Shown here piece after piece: positions 37,240 to 46,877 of a DNA stretch of 64,000 nt. Position numbers and translations under genes: made by a program. Position 1 is the stretch's first letter; the number at the start of each line of letters is the position of its first letter. A model generated the notes under the pieces. The model searched no databases and had not been told where the DNA came from. It worked only from the letters and a program-made list of their open reading frames with translations. The stretch comes from an uncultured delta proteobacterium (lineage in GTDB: Bacteria > Desulfobacterota > Syntrophia > Syntrophales > Smithellaceae). The stretch is taken from the NCBI GenBank assembly GCA_903907985.1, contig CAIVQG010000051.1:11271-75270 (forward strand), written 5' to 3'.

Positions 37240-38187
37240 ATGAATATTCTGTTTGCCGCACAGGAAAACGCCTGGGGCGGGTTTTTGGGGTTAATAAAAG
37301 CCGAGCTACCGCAGCATCATTTTGAAGCCAGCGGACACTTTGGTTTCGAGAGCTTGATGGGATTTGATGTCCTGATACCAACCATGAGCAAGGTGGGAAG
37401 AGAACAACTCACAACGGCAGACCGCTTGCAGCTCATTCAGCAATGTGGCGCAGGACTGGAAGGAATCGACCATCAGTATGCTCGGGAACTGAATATCGCA
37501 GTGGCTAATGTTCCGACCGCAATGTCCGGCAATGCCGACTCCGTGGCTGAACTGGGCATCTATCTGATGATCGGCCTCTCGAGAGATTTCCGTAAAATGT
37601 CCTTAAGCCTTGCGAGCCGGAAAACAGGAACGCCACAAGGACGGTCATTGTCCGGCAAGACGGTGGGACTCATCGGCCTGGGCGGTATCGGCCGTGCAAT
37701 GGCCCAAAAGCTGGCGGTCTTTGACGTTCGCCTCATGGGTATTAAACGCCACGATCCGCAAAAGGCGAAAGAGGAACTTGGCCTGGAATGGGCCGGGACA
37801 CCGGCAGAGATGGACATTCTGCTGGGGCAATCTGATTATGTGGTGCTCTGTCTGCCACTGACTCCTGAAAACCAGAATATAATCGGACAGCAAGCTTTCG
37901 GTGCAATGAAACGGAATGCTTTTTTAATCAATTTATCCAGAGGCGGTCTCGTTAACCGGGACGCGCTCGAGGAGGCGCTTGCCTCGGAGAAGATTGCAGG
38001 CGCAGGATTGGATGTATTCTGGGAGGAACCGGTCAATCCAGACGATCCTGTTTTCAAATATAACGTCCTTGCTACGCCTCACATTGCCGGATCCACGGAC
38101 GTTTCCATAAGCGGTATCGTGAAAGTAGTGGCGGAGAATATCAGGAGACTGGACCGGGGACAGGAACCTTTATATCAGAAAAAATGA
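37240..38187 (+). CDS. D-isomer-specific 2-hydroxyacid dehydrogenase family protein
   Basis: 315-aa ORF with the NAD motif GLIGLGGIGRAMA, RGGLVN, and a catalytic His in PHIAGST. Confidence 0.8.
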   Translation: MNILFAAQENAWGGFLGLIKAELPQHHFEASGHFGFESLMGFDVLIPTMSKVGREQLTTADRLQLIQQCGAGLEGIDHQYARELNIAVANVPTAMSGNADSVAELGIYLMIGLSRDFRKMSLSLASRKTGTPQGRSLSGKTVGLIGLGGIGRAMAQKLAVFDVRLMGIKRHDPQKAKEELGLEWAGTPAEMDILLGQSDYVVLCLPLTPENQNIIGQQAFGAMKRNAFLINLSRGGLVNRDALEEALASEKIAGAGLDVFWEEPVNPDDPVFKYNVLATPHIAGSTDVSISGIVKVVAENIRRLDRGQEPLYQKK

Positions 38188-38205
38188 GCGAGCAATCAGG
38201 TCAGC

Positions 38206-39807
38206 TTAAGCTAAATTGGCAATCAAGTTTTCCGCCGCTTTGATTCCGTCCATAGCCGAGCTGATAATTCCCCCCGCATAACCGGAACCTTCACCACAAG
38301 GATAGAGGCCGCGAACGGTCTCACTCTGGCCGTCACCCTTCCGGCAGATGCGCACCGGTGAAGATGTTCTTGTTTCCACACCGATCAACTGGGCCTCCGC
38401 AGTAACAAATCCCGGCATTTTTCTGTTGAATTCATAAATGCCCGCCCTTAGCGCACCGGCAACAAACAACGGAAGCACATCATCCAGCGCCGCCGGCTTT
38501 GTTCCGGGGCGAAAGCTTGTCGGCCCGGCAGAATCCGCAGCTTTCTTTTCCAGAAAATCAGTCAGTCTTTGCACCGGCGCACAATAATTGCTGCCACCTG
38601 CTTCAAAAGCCTTCTTTTCCCACCGGGCTCGAAATTCCAGACCGGCCAAAAGCTCTCCCCGAAGGGCAAAATCGTCAACCCGGACATTGACAACTATGGC
38701 ACTATTGGCAAACTTGCCATTACGCAGACTTTTACTCATCCCGTTTGTTAAAACATACCCGGGGAAAGCGCTACAACCGATTACCTCTCCGCCCGGACAC
38801 ATGCAAAAAGTATAGACCGAACGATTCAAAGCAGGAATTGCTGCGGTCACAAAATATTCCGCCGGCGGAAGATGCGGATGCCCGGACCATTTTCCGTACT
38901 GAAGAGAATTAATTAATTCCTGCGGATGTTCCACACGCAGCCCCATGGCAAAAGGTTTGGCTTCCATTTTGACGCCACTTACCTGCAACTTTCGATACGT
39001 ATCGTCGGCACTCTGACCTATGGCCAACACCAATTGCTCTGTTTTTATCTCTTCCTTTTCGTTGACGATAACTGCGGCAAGCCTGCCTTGCCGGACGATA
39101 AAATCAGTTATCTGCGCTTCAAAGCGAATCGCACAACCCATCGAGGCAAGTTTGTTGCGTAAATTGATAACCACTTTTGTCAATTGATCGGTACCTACGT
39201 GGGGCTTGGCATCGGTCAGGATGGCCTGTGGCGCGCCCATTTCCACCAAAATCTTTTTTACCCAGAAAGAATAGGGATTCTTGCTCCGGCTGGTCAGCTT
39301 GCCGTCGGAGAATGTTCCTGCACCTCCCTCTCCAAAGAGTACGTTACTCGCAGGATTAAGAATGCCTTTCCCCCAGAAAGCCTGCACATCCTTTGTTCTC
39401 TTTTCTATCGCTGTTCCTCTTTCCAGCAGTACTACCGGAAGCCCTCTGGCAGCCAGCACATACGCGGCAAAAAGACCGGCCGGTCCGCTACCGGCAACAA
39501 CGACGGGCAGAGCGGGTTTAAATATTCCTGTAAAAAGCGGCTCTGGCAGTTGATCTTCGAGTTCCCGCACTTGAATTCCTTCGGGCAGATCACGGGGTAC
39601 CGGAAAATCATCAGCAACAGTTAATTGGACAACATAAACAAAATGAGGAGGTTTATTCCGCCGCGCATCAATGGCTTTTTTGATAATTCTGCAATTTGCA
39701 ATATTACTTGGAGACACCACCAGAATTGCAGCTGCCTTTTGGCTCAGTTGCTCTTCATTTTCATCTAAAGCCAGCTTAATTCCCGCGATACGTAAAAGCT
39801 TCATCAA
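38206..39807 (-). CDS. FAD-dependent oxidoreductase (COG2509-like), substrate unknown
   Basis: 533-aa ORF. It has the dinucleotide motif VVAGSGPAGLFAA after a ~90-aa N-terminal domain and a C-terminal GEGSGYAGGI motif. Confidence 0.7.
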   Translation of the reverse strand: MMKLLRIAGIKLALDENEEQLSQKAAAILVVSPSNIANCRIIKKAIDARRNKPPHFVYVVQLTVADDFPVPRDLPEGIQVRELEDQLPEPLFTGIFKPALPVVVAGSGPAGLFAAYVLAARGLPVVLLERGTAIEKRTKDVQAFWGKGILNPASNVLFGEGGAGTFSDGKLTSRSKNPYSFWVKKILVEMGAPQAILTDAKPHVGTDQLTKVVINLRNKLASMGCAIRFEAQITDFIVRQGRLAAVIVNEKEEIKTEQLVLAIGQSADDTYRKLQVSGVKMEAKPFAMGLRVEHPQELINSLQYGKWSGHPHLPPAEYFVTAAIPALNRSVYTFCMCPGGEVIGCSAFPGYVLTNGMSKSLRNGKFANSAIVVNVRVDDFALRGELLAGLEFRARWEKKAFEAGGSNYCAPVQRLTDFLEKKAADSAGPTSFRPGTKPAALDDVLPLFVAGALRAGIYEFNRKMPGFVTAEAQLIGVETRTSSPVRICRKGDGQSETVRGLYPCGEGSGYAGGIISSAMDGIKAAENLIANLA

Positions 39808-39885
39808 ATCCCCATTGCAATATTTTTATAGTTATTATAGGAGGGCATACATTTAATATTATCCGAATAAATTAAGGGTGTTTTC

Positions 39886-40389
39886 ATGCCATGGTATGCC
39901 GTAAGTACAAGAAGTCGCCATGAATATAAAGCAAATACCGGTCTTGCGCAAAAAAATATACCGACTTTTCTACCGGAGATAGAAGTTTGGAGCAAGAGAA
40001 AAGACCGGAAAAAGAAAATATTTATCCCCCTTTTCCCCGGCTATCTTTTTGTGGAGGCACCCCAGCTTGATAATGAAACAAAAATATCCATCCTGAAAAC
40101 ATTTGGTGTGGTGCGAATTCTCGGCAAAAAAGAAAACACCGAACCGGTGGCCGTGCCGGACAACAAGATTGAAGCAATCCAGCGTCTCTTAAATAAGAAA
40201 GTGGAAGTTTTTTCACTTCAATATCCCCAGGTCGGTGAACCGGCAAAAATTGTTGACGGCCCCTTTGCCGGAATTGAAGGTACTGTAATTGCAAGCAACG
40301 CTGAAAAAGAGCTTTTTGTTATCTCCATTGAACTTCTGCAACGTTCGGTGGCCATAAAACTGGAAGGATTTCAAATTACAAAGATATGA
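39886..40389 (+). CDS. NusG-paralog transcription antiterminator (UpxY/RfaH-like)
   Basis: 167-aa ORF. The NGN domain reads WYAVSTRSRHE...LFPGYLFVE and the KOW motif reads GEPAKIVDGPFAGIEGTV. Confidence 0.7.
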   Translation: MPWYAVSTRSRHEYKANTGLAQKNIPTFLPEIEVWSKRKDRKKKIFIPLFPGYLFVEAPQLDNETKISILKTFGVVRILGKKENTEPVAVPDNKIEAIQRLLNKKVEVFSLQYPQVGEPAKIVDGPFAGIEGTVIASNAEKELFVISIELLQRSVAIKLEGFQITKI

Positions 40390-40577
40390 GATTAGACTGA
40401 AGACTGAAGGCAGAAGGCTGTAGAGCTAAATTATTTCCTTCAGCCGTCACCTGCATACGCCAGTCTTCGAGCCTAAACACCTTCAGCCTAATTATTTCTT
40501 GACTTTATCTTCATTTTGCGTCAGAAAGCCAGCTCTGTAATTGCGATTACTCTGCCGGATTAAAACTGTTTTGGAGA

Positions 40578-40793
40578 TTGATTTTGAAAGGTTACATTAA
40601 GATAAATAAAGATTTTTGCAAGGAATGCCACCTTTGCATTTCTGCCTGCCCGAAAGGCTGCATTATTCCCACCAAAGAATACAACTCCCACGGCTACCAT
40701 CCTGTCGCCACTGATGAGGGCAAGGAATGCACCGGCTGTACGCTGTGTGCCATAATGTGCCCGGAAATAGCCATTGAGGTTTATCGTGACTAA
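40578..40793 (+). CDS. 2x[4Fe-4S] ferredoxin, delta subunit of 2-oxoacid:ferredoxin oxidoreductase
   Basis: 71-aa ORF with two CxxCxxCxxxCP motifs (CKECHLCISACP and CTGCTLCAIMCP). Confidence 0.8.
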   Translation: MILKGYIKINKDFCKECHLCISACPKGCIIPTKEYNSHGYHPVATDEGKECTGCTLCAIMCPEIAIEVYRD

Positions 40794-41844
40794 AGTATTA
40801 ATGTCCGGAAATAACATCATCGGAGAGGCGGCAATCCGCGCTGGCTGCCGTTTTTATGCCGGCTATCCGATAACCCCCCAAAATGAGCTTACTGAGTACA
40901 TGGCGGAGCACATGCGTACTGTGGAAGGTGGCGTTTTTATCCAGTCGGAAAGCGAAATTGCCGCTATTCACATGATCGTCGGCGCCAGTTCCGCTGGCGC
41001 AAGAGTCATGACTTCATCTTCCAGCCCCGGTATTTCGTTAAAGCAGGAAGGCATTTCTTCCATGGCCGCCAATGAACTTCCCGGTGTTATTGTCAACATT
41101 ATGCGCGGCAGTCCCGGACTGGGCAATATTCGTCCGTCGCAGGGAGATTATTTTCAGGCGACTCGCGGTGGAGGTCACGGTGATTACCGGACAATAGTTT
41201 TTGCACCAGCCACCTGTCAGGAACTGGCTGATTTAACCATGAATGCCTTCGATCTGGCAGATATTTACCGGACTCCGGTTATGATTTTAGCCGATGGCAT
41301 GATGGGGCAAATGATGGAACCAGTCGTCTTTAAAAAACCAAAACCGCGTCAATACAGCGAAAAATTTATGCTCAGGGGCGCAGGTCAAGGTAAAAGCAAG
41401 TTCATCCGCAGTCTCATCCTCGATGCCATAGATATGGAAGAACACAATTGGAAATTAGCACGTAAATATCAAATTATTACCGAAAAAGAAACACTCCATG
41501 AAGAATATAAAACAGAAGATGCCGAACTTGTCATCGTTGCCTATGGCACCGCTGCCCGCATTGCGAAAGGAGCTATCAAACGCCTGCGTGAAAACGGTAT
41601 GAAGGTCGGACTTTTCCGGCCAATTACCCTTTGGCCTTTCCCGGAATTAAAGCTGCGGACATTATCGAAAAAAGTTAAAAATTATCTGGTATTTGAATTA
41701 AGTACCGGTCAGATGCTAGACGATGTGCGGCTTGCGCTCCAGGGCTATGCCGATATTGGATTTCATGGCCGCCCGGGCGGAGTCGTACCCACACCGGCAG
41801 AGTTGGCTAATGTAGCTGCGCGGCATTACGAAAAAGCAGATTAA
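40786..41844 (+). CDS. 2-oxoacid:ferredoxin oxidoreductase alpha subunit
   Basis: It has [23 protein letters not shown], typical of KorA/VorB/PorA-type alpha subunits. The start is ambiguous (TTG 40774, GTG 40786 or ATG 40801). It overlaps the delta stop. Confidence 0.85.
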   Translation: MTKVLMSGNNIIGEAAIRAGCRFYAGYPITPQNELTEYMAEHMRTVEGGVFIQSESEIAAIHMIVGASSAGARVMTSSSSPGISLKQEGISSMAANELPGVIVNIMRGSPGLGNIRPSQGDYFQATRGGGHGDYRTIVFAPATCQELADLTMNAFDLADIYRTPVMILADGMMGQMMEPVVFKKPKPRQYSEKFMLRGAGQGKSKFIRSLILDAIDMEEHNWKLARKYQIITEKETLHEEYKTEDAELVIVAYGTAARIAKGAIKRLRENGMKVGLFRPITLWPFPELKLRTLSKKVKNYLVFELSTGQMLDDVRLALQGYADIGFHGRPGGVVPTPAELANVAARHYEKAD

Positions 41845-41875
41845 TTGGAAAGTGGACACTTGGGATTGGGAAAAT

Positions 41876-42649
41876 ATGGCAAAAAAACTTTTTAGCCGGC
41901 CAAAAAGTTTAAAAGAAGCTGGTTTTCATTATTGTCCAGGATGTGGACACAGCATTACTCATCGGCTTGTTGCCGAAGTTATAGATGAACTGGGAATTAG
42001 AGGAATTACTATTGGTGTTCCTCCTGCCGGTTGTGCTGTATTAGCTTATAATTATTTTGATGTAGATATGCTGGAGGCACAACATGGCCGCGGCCCGGCA
42101 ACAGCTACGGGAATCAAGCGCGCACTGCCGGATCGTATTGTTTTTTCTTATCAGGGCGATGGAGATCTGGCGGCTATTGGCATTGCCGAAAGTTTTCATG
42201 CAGCCAACCGCGGTGAAAACATCACTGTAATTTTTATCAATAACGCAGTTTATGGCATGACGGGCGGTCAAATGGCACCAACAACGATGCTGGACCAAAA
42301 AACAACAACCACTCCCGCCGGGCGCAATAAAACATTAGACGGCTATCCGGTTAAAGTATGCGAAACATTTTCACAACTCAAGGGCCCAACTTATCTGGAA
42401 AGAGTAACAGTCAATTCGCCGGCCAGTGTTAATAAAGCTAAGAAAGCTATAAAAAAAGCTTTTCAATGTCAGATGGACGGATTGGGCTTTTCACTGGTCG
42501 AAATTCTCTCACCCTGCCCCACTAACTGGAAAATGACTTCCGTAGCCGCTTGCAAATGGATAGATGAAGTGATGAGCAAGGAATTTCCGCTGGGTGTTTT
42601 TAAAGATAATATGGCTGCCGTAAAAAAACCGGCGGAGGCCGCATCATGA
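41876..42649 (+). CDS. 2-oxoacid:ferredoxin oxidoreductase beta (TPP-binding) subunit
   Basis: It has CPGCGH and the TPP motif GDGDLAAIG...[12 protein letters not shown] prefer the ATG at 41876 over the GTG at 41852. Confidence 0.85.
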   Translation: MAKKLFSRPKSLKEAGFHYCPGCGHSITHRLVAEVIDELGIRGITIGVPPAGCAVLAYNYFDVDMLEAQHGRGPATATGIKRALPDRIVFSYQGDGDLAAIGIAESFHAANRGENITVIFINNAVYGMTGGQMAPTTMLDQKTTTTPAGRNKTLDGYPVKVCETFSQLKGPTYLERVTVNSPASVNKAKKAIKKAFQCQMDGLGFSLVEILSPCPTNWKMTSVAACKWIDEVMSKEFPLGVFKDNMAAVKKPAEAAS

Positions 42650-43185
42650 TGACCAAAACTATTTTTTCCGGTTTCGGCGGCCAGGGAGTATTAATGATGG
42701 GTTATAGCTTAGCCCATGGCGCAATGAATAAAGGTTATCATGTTACCTACCTGCCATCTTATGGTGTAGAAGTTCGTGGTGGAACCGCCAACTGTACAGT
42801 CGCCGTTGCCGATGAGGAAATTACTTCTCCTGTATCGTCGGAACCAGATAATCTGGTTGTTATGAACTCTCCATCTCTGACTACATTTCAGAACAAAGTT
42901 ACGCATGGCGGAATAATTTTTTTAAATTCTTCTATAATAGATGCCCGTCCCAGCCGCCAGGATATTAAAGTCTATGCTGTGCCCTGCGGCGACATGGCCC
43001 AGGAAGTAGGCAATATTCGGGTAGCCAATATCATTATGATGGGCGCTTTCATTAAAAAAACAGGTGTTGTTCCGGCGGATATTTACTTGAAGAGTCTGGA
43101 AACCATTATGGGCAGCAGGAAAAAATCGGCGGCCGAAGTTAACCGTAAGGCTTTTGCCGCCGGATATGATTTTGCAAAAGATTAA
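42646..43185 (+). CDS. 2-oxoacid:ferredoxin oxidoreductase gamma subunit
   Basis: 179-aa ORF with [13 protein letters not shown], typical of gamma subunits. It overlaps the beta stop by 4 nt. Confidence 0.85.
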   Translation: MMTKTIFSGFGGQGVLMMGYSLAHGAMNKGYHVTYLPSYGVEVRGGTANCTVAVADEEITSPVSSEPDNLVVMNSPSLTTFQNKVTHGGIIFLNSSIIDARPSRQDIKVYAVPCGDMAQEVGNIRVANIIMMGAFIKKTGVVPADIYLKSLETIMGSRKKSAAEVNRKAFAAGYDFAKD

Positions 43186-43200
43186 TAAGGATATTTTAAA

Positions 43201-43632
43201 ATGGCTGTAAAACAAATTTCCGTATTGTTAGGCAATGTACCTGGTTCTTTTGCCAAACTAACTCATATTCTGGATTTGGAAGACATCAGCACAAAAGCAG
43301 TCTCCGCTGCCAGCACAACCGAAAAAAGCATGGTTCGTCTGGTGGTTAACAATCCAGACCGTGCCGCTGCTCTTTTGTCCAGTTATAATCTTAATTTCGA
43401 AATTACACCGGTTCTGGCAGCAGAAGTGCCTCTGCATACGGGTGGCATGAATGCTATATTAAAGCCCTTGTACAGAGCTGAAATCAACATCCACTATCTT
43501 TACACAACCATCAATCGTATCGGCAAAGAAACAATTCTAATTCTTGGCGTTGATAAACTGGAAGAAGCCAAAGAAATCCTGGAACAAAACTGGATCCACC
43601 TGATCGACGATGAAATCTATTCTATTCCCTAA
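43201..43632 (+). CDS. ACT-domain (tandem) regulatory protein
   Basis: 143-aa ORF with two beta-alpha-beta-beta-alpha-beta-like halves (ISVLLGNVPGS..., AAEVPLHTGGMNAI...). It lies 15 nt after the OFOR gamma subunit. Confidence 0.6.
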   Translation: MAVKQISVLLGNVPGSFAKLTHILDLEDISTKAVSAASTTEKSMVRLVVNNPDRAAALLSSYNLNFEITPVLAAEVPLHTGGMNAILKPLYRAEINIHYLYTTINRIGKETILILGVDKLEEAKEILEQNWIHLIDDEIYSIP

Positions 43633-43643
43633 AACTTATTGAC

Positions 43644-44054
43644 ATGCCGGTATCTTCTGAAAAAGAAAAAGCAATTACCCAAAGAATGCTGGAGCTGGGA
43701 GTTTCCGAAAGTGACTTGGAGGAGACTTTTGTCCGCTCATCAGGACCTGGAGGCCAAAAAGTCAACAAGACTTCTTCCTGTGTTCATCTATTGCACACCC
43801 CTACCGGCATTGCTGTAAAATGTCAGCGGGAGCGATATCAATCTTTAAACCGCCATTTAGCCAGACGTTTATTGTTGGATAAAATTGAACGCGCGCAAAA
43901 AGGCTTTGTGGAAGAAGAAAAAGAAAAGATCGAAAAAATCCGTCGTCAAAAAAGAAAACGATCGAAACGGGCCAAAGAAAAAATTCTAACGGGAAAACAT
44001 CATCAGACGGCAAAAAAGGTTTTGCGCAGCAAAATCAAGATTGAAGAACAATAA
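43644..44054 (+). CDS. RF-1-domain GGQ peptidyl-tRNA hydrolase, ArfB-like ribosome rescue factor
   Basis: 136-aa ORF with SSGPGGQKVNKTSS and CQRERYQSLN. Its long Lys/Arg-rich C-terminal tail resembles that of ArfB/YaeJ. Confidence 0.7.
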   Translation: MPVSSEKEKAITQRMLELGVSESDLEETFVRSSGPGGQKVNKTSSCVHLLHTPTGIAVKCQRERYQSLNRHLARRLLLDKIERAQKGFVEEEKEKIEKIRRQKRKRSKRAKEKILTGKHHQTAKKVLRSKIKIEEQ

Positions 44055-44073
44055 AATCCGGCGGGGGTGTAAT

Positions 44074-44218
44074 TAACCCCGCGTCGCTGCGCTGTGCGGG
44101 ATAAGTTAATCTAACAAATTCCAGTTCGCTTCGCTTGTGGGATTCTTTAGAGGTACTAACCCTGCGCCGCTTCGCTTTGCAGGATAAGTTAATCTAACAA
44201 ATTCCAGTTCGCTTCGCT
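44074..44218. repeat. tandem duplication, two 62-nt matching units with 83-bp period
   Basis: 44074-44135 aligns with 44157-44218. The 3' 37 nt, GGATAAGTTAATCTAACAAATTCCAGTTCGCTTCGCT, are identical at 44099-44135 and 44182-44218. Confidence 0.85.
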
Positions 44219-44238
44219 CCCGTAATTTGAGATTAACT

Positions 44239-44283
44239 AAAAAAAGGGAGAAGAAGTCCATTGTTATTTGCTTCTCCTCCCTT
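44239..44283 (-). terminator. rho-independent terminator of atpE
   Basis: The minus strand reads AGGGAGGAGAAGC-loop-(A)CTTCTTCTCCC followed by TTTTTTT, about 25 nt after the atpE stop. Confidence 0.7.
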
Positions 44284-44307
44284 TGATAAAATACCTGATA
44301 ACTTTTT

Positions 44308-44685
44308 TTACATACCAATCAATTTAAGTAACGGATTGGCGAAAAGCATAACCAGAGAGATAACCAACGCATAAATTGCGACGGATTCCGTCATAGCCAT
44401 ACCGACCATCATGGTTAACATGACTTTGCCCTGAGCTTCGGGGTTTCTTCCGACTGCATTCGTCGCACCGCTTGTTGCCTGCCCAAGACCCAAACCAGCA
44501 CCAACTGCACCAACTCCCATAGCAATACCGGCTGCCAGTAAAGAGCAACCAATGATAATCGCTTTTGTGTAATCAACCGTTCCCGCAGGAGCCGCAGCTG
44601 CTGCAGCAGGAGCTGCGAAAACAAACGGAGCCGAAACAATCACTAATACCATCGCCAATACTGTATAAATCAAACTCTTTTTCAT
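44308..44685 (-). CDS. atpE: F0F1 ATP synthase subunit c with N-terminal signal-peptide-like extension
   Basis: 125-aa ORF. The C-terminal ~80 aa form a c-subunit hairpin (GLGLGQATSGATNAVGRNPEAQ...AMTESVAIYALVISLVMLFANP). The N-terminal ~40 aa, MKKSLIYTVLAMVLVIVSAPFVFA/AP, look like a signal peptide and are followed by an Ala-rich stretch. Confidence 0.85.
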   Translation of the reverse strand: MKKSLIYTVLAMVLVIVSAPFVFAAPAAAAAAPAGTVDYTKAIIIGCSLLAAGIAMGVGAVGAGLGLGQATSGATNAVGRNPEAQGKVMLTMMVGMAMTESVAIYALVISLVMLFANPLLKLIGM

Positions 44686-45039
44686 TTAAATCCTCCTTAA
44701 TATAGTATGTAGCTGATCTTTAAATCCCCGGCAATCATTATACCTGCTTTTTGAACACACCTCCTTTCTGAAAATTAACGATTCGGGTATTTATGTGTTT
44801 ATTTTTAACGGTGCTATAAAGAATTGTCAAGAAAAATTTCCTGCGTTGTAAAAAAATAAATTTGTCCGGTCAAGCCGCACTGATGGGGCGGGCAATAATT
44901 ACTTACCCATCTTGCCGACAAACTCATACTCGCCCGACGATAACTTGAAAGCTAAATGGTGTGAGCAAAGGCAGAAATAATCCTCCCCTTCCCCAAGCCT
45001 TAACTTGATTTTATTTTTCAGGCAGGATAAAAGCTTTCC

Positions 45040-45507
45040 ATGGAGAAATTGACTGCTGTAGAAAAGAAGGTTGCCCGCCTTATTCAGTCCGACATCCCTT
45101 TAGTGAACCGTCCTTTTCAGGAAACAGGCAAGGCCTGCGGTCTTCAAGAGGTGGAAGTTTTAAATATTACCAGACACCTCCAGCAGGAAGGTTATATCCG
45201 GAGATTTGCCGCCATACTGCGTCATCAGAAAGCCGGCTATACCAGAAACGCGCTTATCGTCTGGTCGGTGCCGCCGGATCAAATTGAGAAAGCAGGAAAA
45301 ATACTCGCTGCGTTCCCTTTCATCTCCCATTGCTATGAAAGGGAACCCGCCTTCCAAAACAAATATAACCTTTTCAGTATGCTACACACCCAAAACGAGA
45401 ATATCGAATTCATTATCAAGCAAATGGCTCAGTCAATAAACAGCCACGATTATTTAATTCTGGAAAGCCTTCAGGAATACAAAAAAATATCACCGGAGTA
45501 TTTTTAA
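45040..45507 (+). CDS. AsnC/Lrp-like siroheme decarboxylase subunit (AhbA/AhbB, NirD/H-like)
   Basis: 155-aa ORF with an N-terminal wHTH (VARLIQSDIPLVNRPF) and the C-terminal motif SHCYER. It lies immediately upstream of hemL. Confidence 0.65.
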   Translation: MEKLTAVEKKVARLIQSDIPLVNRPFQETGKACGLQEVEVLNITRHLQQEGYIRRFAAILRHQKAGYTRNALIVWSVPPDQIEKAGKILAAFPFISHCYEREPAFQNKYNLFSMLHTQNENIEFIIKQMAQSINSHDYLILESLQEYKKISPEYF

Positions 45508-45508
45508 A

Positions 45509-46792
45509 ATGACTGCAACCAAGACAAATTATTTTACCGACGCCAGGCAGGTTATTGCCGGCGGCGTCAACTCCCCGGTTCGCGCCTGGCAATCGGTTGG
45601 CGGCGATCCTCTTTTTGTAAGCCATGCCCGCGGCAGTAAAATCTACGATACCGCAGCCCGGGAATATATCGACTTTGTTCTTTCCTGGGGACCAATGATT
45701 TTGGGTCACGCTCACCCGGACGTAATTGAAGCTATCTGCAGCGCTGCCCGGAAAGGAACAAGCTTTGGCGCACCGACCGAGTCGGAAACACAAATGGCGC
45801 AATTAATCTGCTCAGCCATACCTTCCATGGAACTTATGCGCATGACCAGTTCCGGAACGGAAGCTACGATGACAGCAATTCGACTGGCCCGTGGCTACAC
45901 CGGAAGGAACATGATCATTAAATTTGACGGCTGCTATCATGGTCATGCCGACTCCTTGCTGGTTCAAGCCGGATCAGGTGTTGCTACCTTGGTGATACCC
46001 GGTTCTCCTGGCGTTCCCGAATGCCTGGCCGAGCTGACTATCAGCCTGCCGTATAACGATATTGCTGCAGTGCAGGAAGCGATTGAGCGTTACGGGTCAC
46101 AATTGGCGGCAATTATCGTCGAACCGGTAGCGGGGAATATGGGTGTCGTAGAGCCGCAGAATGGATTTTTGGCCAAGCTCAGAGAGCTGACGACACAACA
46201 CGGCATCGTTTTAATATTTGATGAAGTCATCACCGGTTTCCGTTTTATTTTCGGAGGTTATCAGAATTTAGTCGGGATTAAACCCGACCTGACCTGCCTG
46301 GGTAAAATAATCGGCGGCGGCCTGCCCATTGGGGTTTTAGGTGGGAAAAAAGAAATAATGGAGGTACTTGCCCCCTCAGGAAATGTTTACCAGGCGGGAA
46401 CATTATCGGGGAACCCTCTGGCCGTCAATGCCGGATTGGCCACCCTTCATCTCCTCCAGGCAAAAGCTTATTCCTATGCTGATGTTGACAAAAGAACAGA
46501 GCAACTTTGCCGGGATATGGAAAATATGTTTTCTGCCCAAGGCATTCCTGTATGCATAAACCGCTTCCACTCCATGTTTACTTTATTTTTTCAGGCAGGC
46601 CCCGTAAATAATTTCCTTGACGCAAAAAAATCGGCGACCACTTTTTTCGCTAGGTTTTTCCACGGCATGATCAAAGAAGGCATCTGGCTGGCGCCGTCGC
46701 AATTTGAAGCGAACTTCATCTCGTTTGCCCATACGGATGCCGATATAGATTGCACCCTCCAGGCTTGTGCAAACACATTAAAACATCTTTAA
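45509..46792 (+). CDS. hemL: glutamate-1-semialdehyde 2,1-aminomutase
   Basis: 427-aa ORF with the PLP-Lys region DLTCLGKIIGGGLP and class III aminotransferase motifs (FDEVITGFR). Confidence 0.95.
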   Translation: MTATKTNYFTDARQVIAGGVNSPVRAWQSVGGDPLFVSHARGSKIYDTAAREYIDFVLSWGPMILGHAHPDVIEAICSAARKGTSFGAPTESETQMAQLICSAIPSMELMRMTSSGTEATMTAIRLARGYTGRNMIIKFDGCYHGHADSLLVQAGSGVATLVIPGSPGVPECLAELTISLPYNDIAAVQEAIERYGSQLAAIIVEPVAGNMGVVEPQNGFLAKLRELTTQHGIVLIFDEVITGFRFIFGGYQNLVGIKPDLTCLGKIIGGGLPIGVLGGKKEIMEVLAPSGNVYQAGTLSGNPLAVNAGLATLHLLQAKAYSYADVDKRTEQLCRDMENMFSAQGIPVCINRFHSMFTLFFQAGPVNNFLDAKKSATTFFARFFHGMIKEGIWLAPSQFEANFISFAHTDADIDCTLQACANTLKHL

Positions 46793-46877
46793 GGCAGCCA
46801 ATTGACAACTGCTGATCAATCCTGTAAGGGGTAGAGCTGAAAGCACAATTAAAGAAATCACTTGGAAAGAATAGATC

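Noticed and set aside
44099-44218. Possible CRISPR array: 37-nt identical repeats separated by 46 nt.
   Set aside because: There are only two repeats. The 'spacer' sequences upstream of each repeat are themselves homologous, which makes this a tandem duplication. The repeat is not palindromic, and there are no cas genes in the window.
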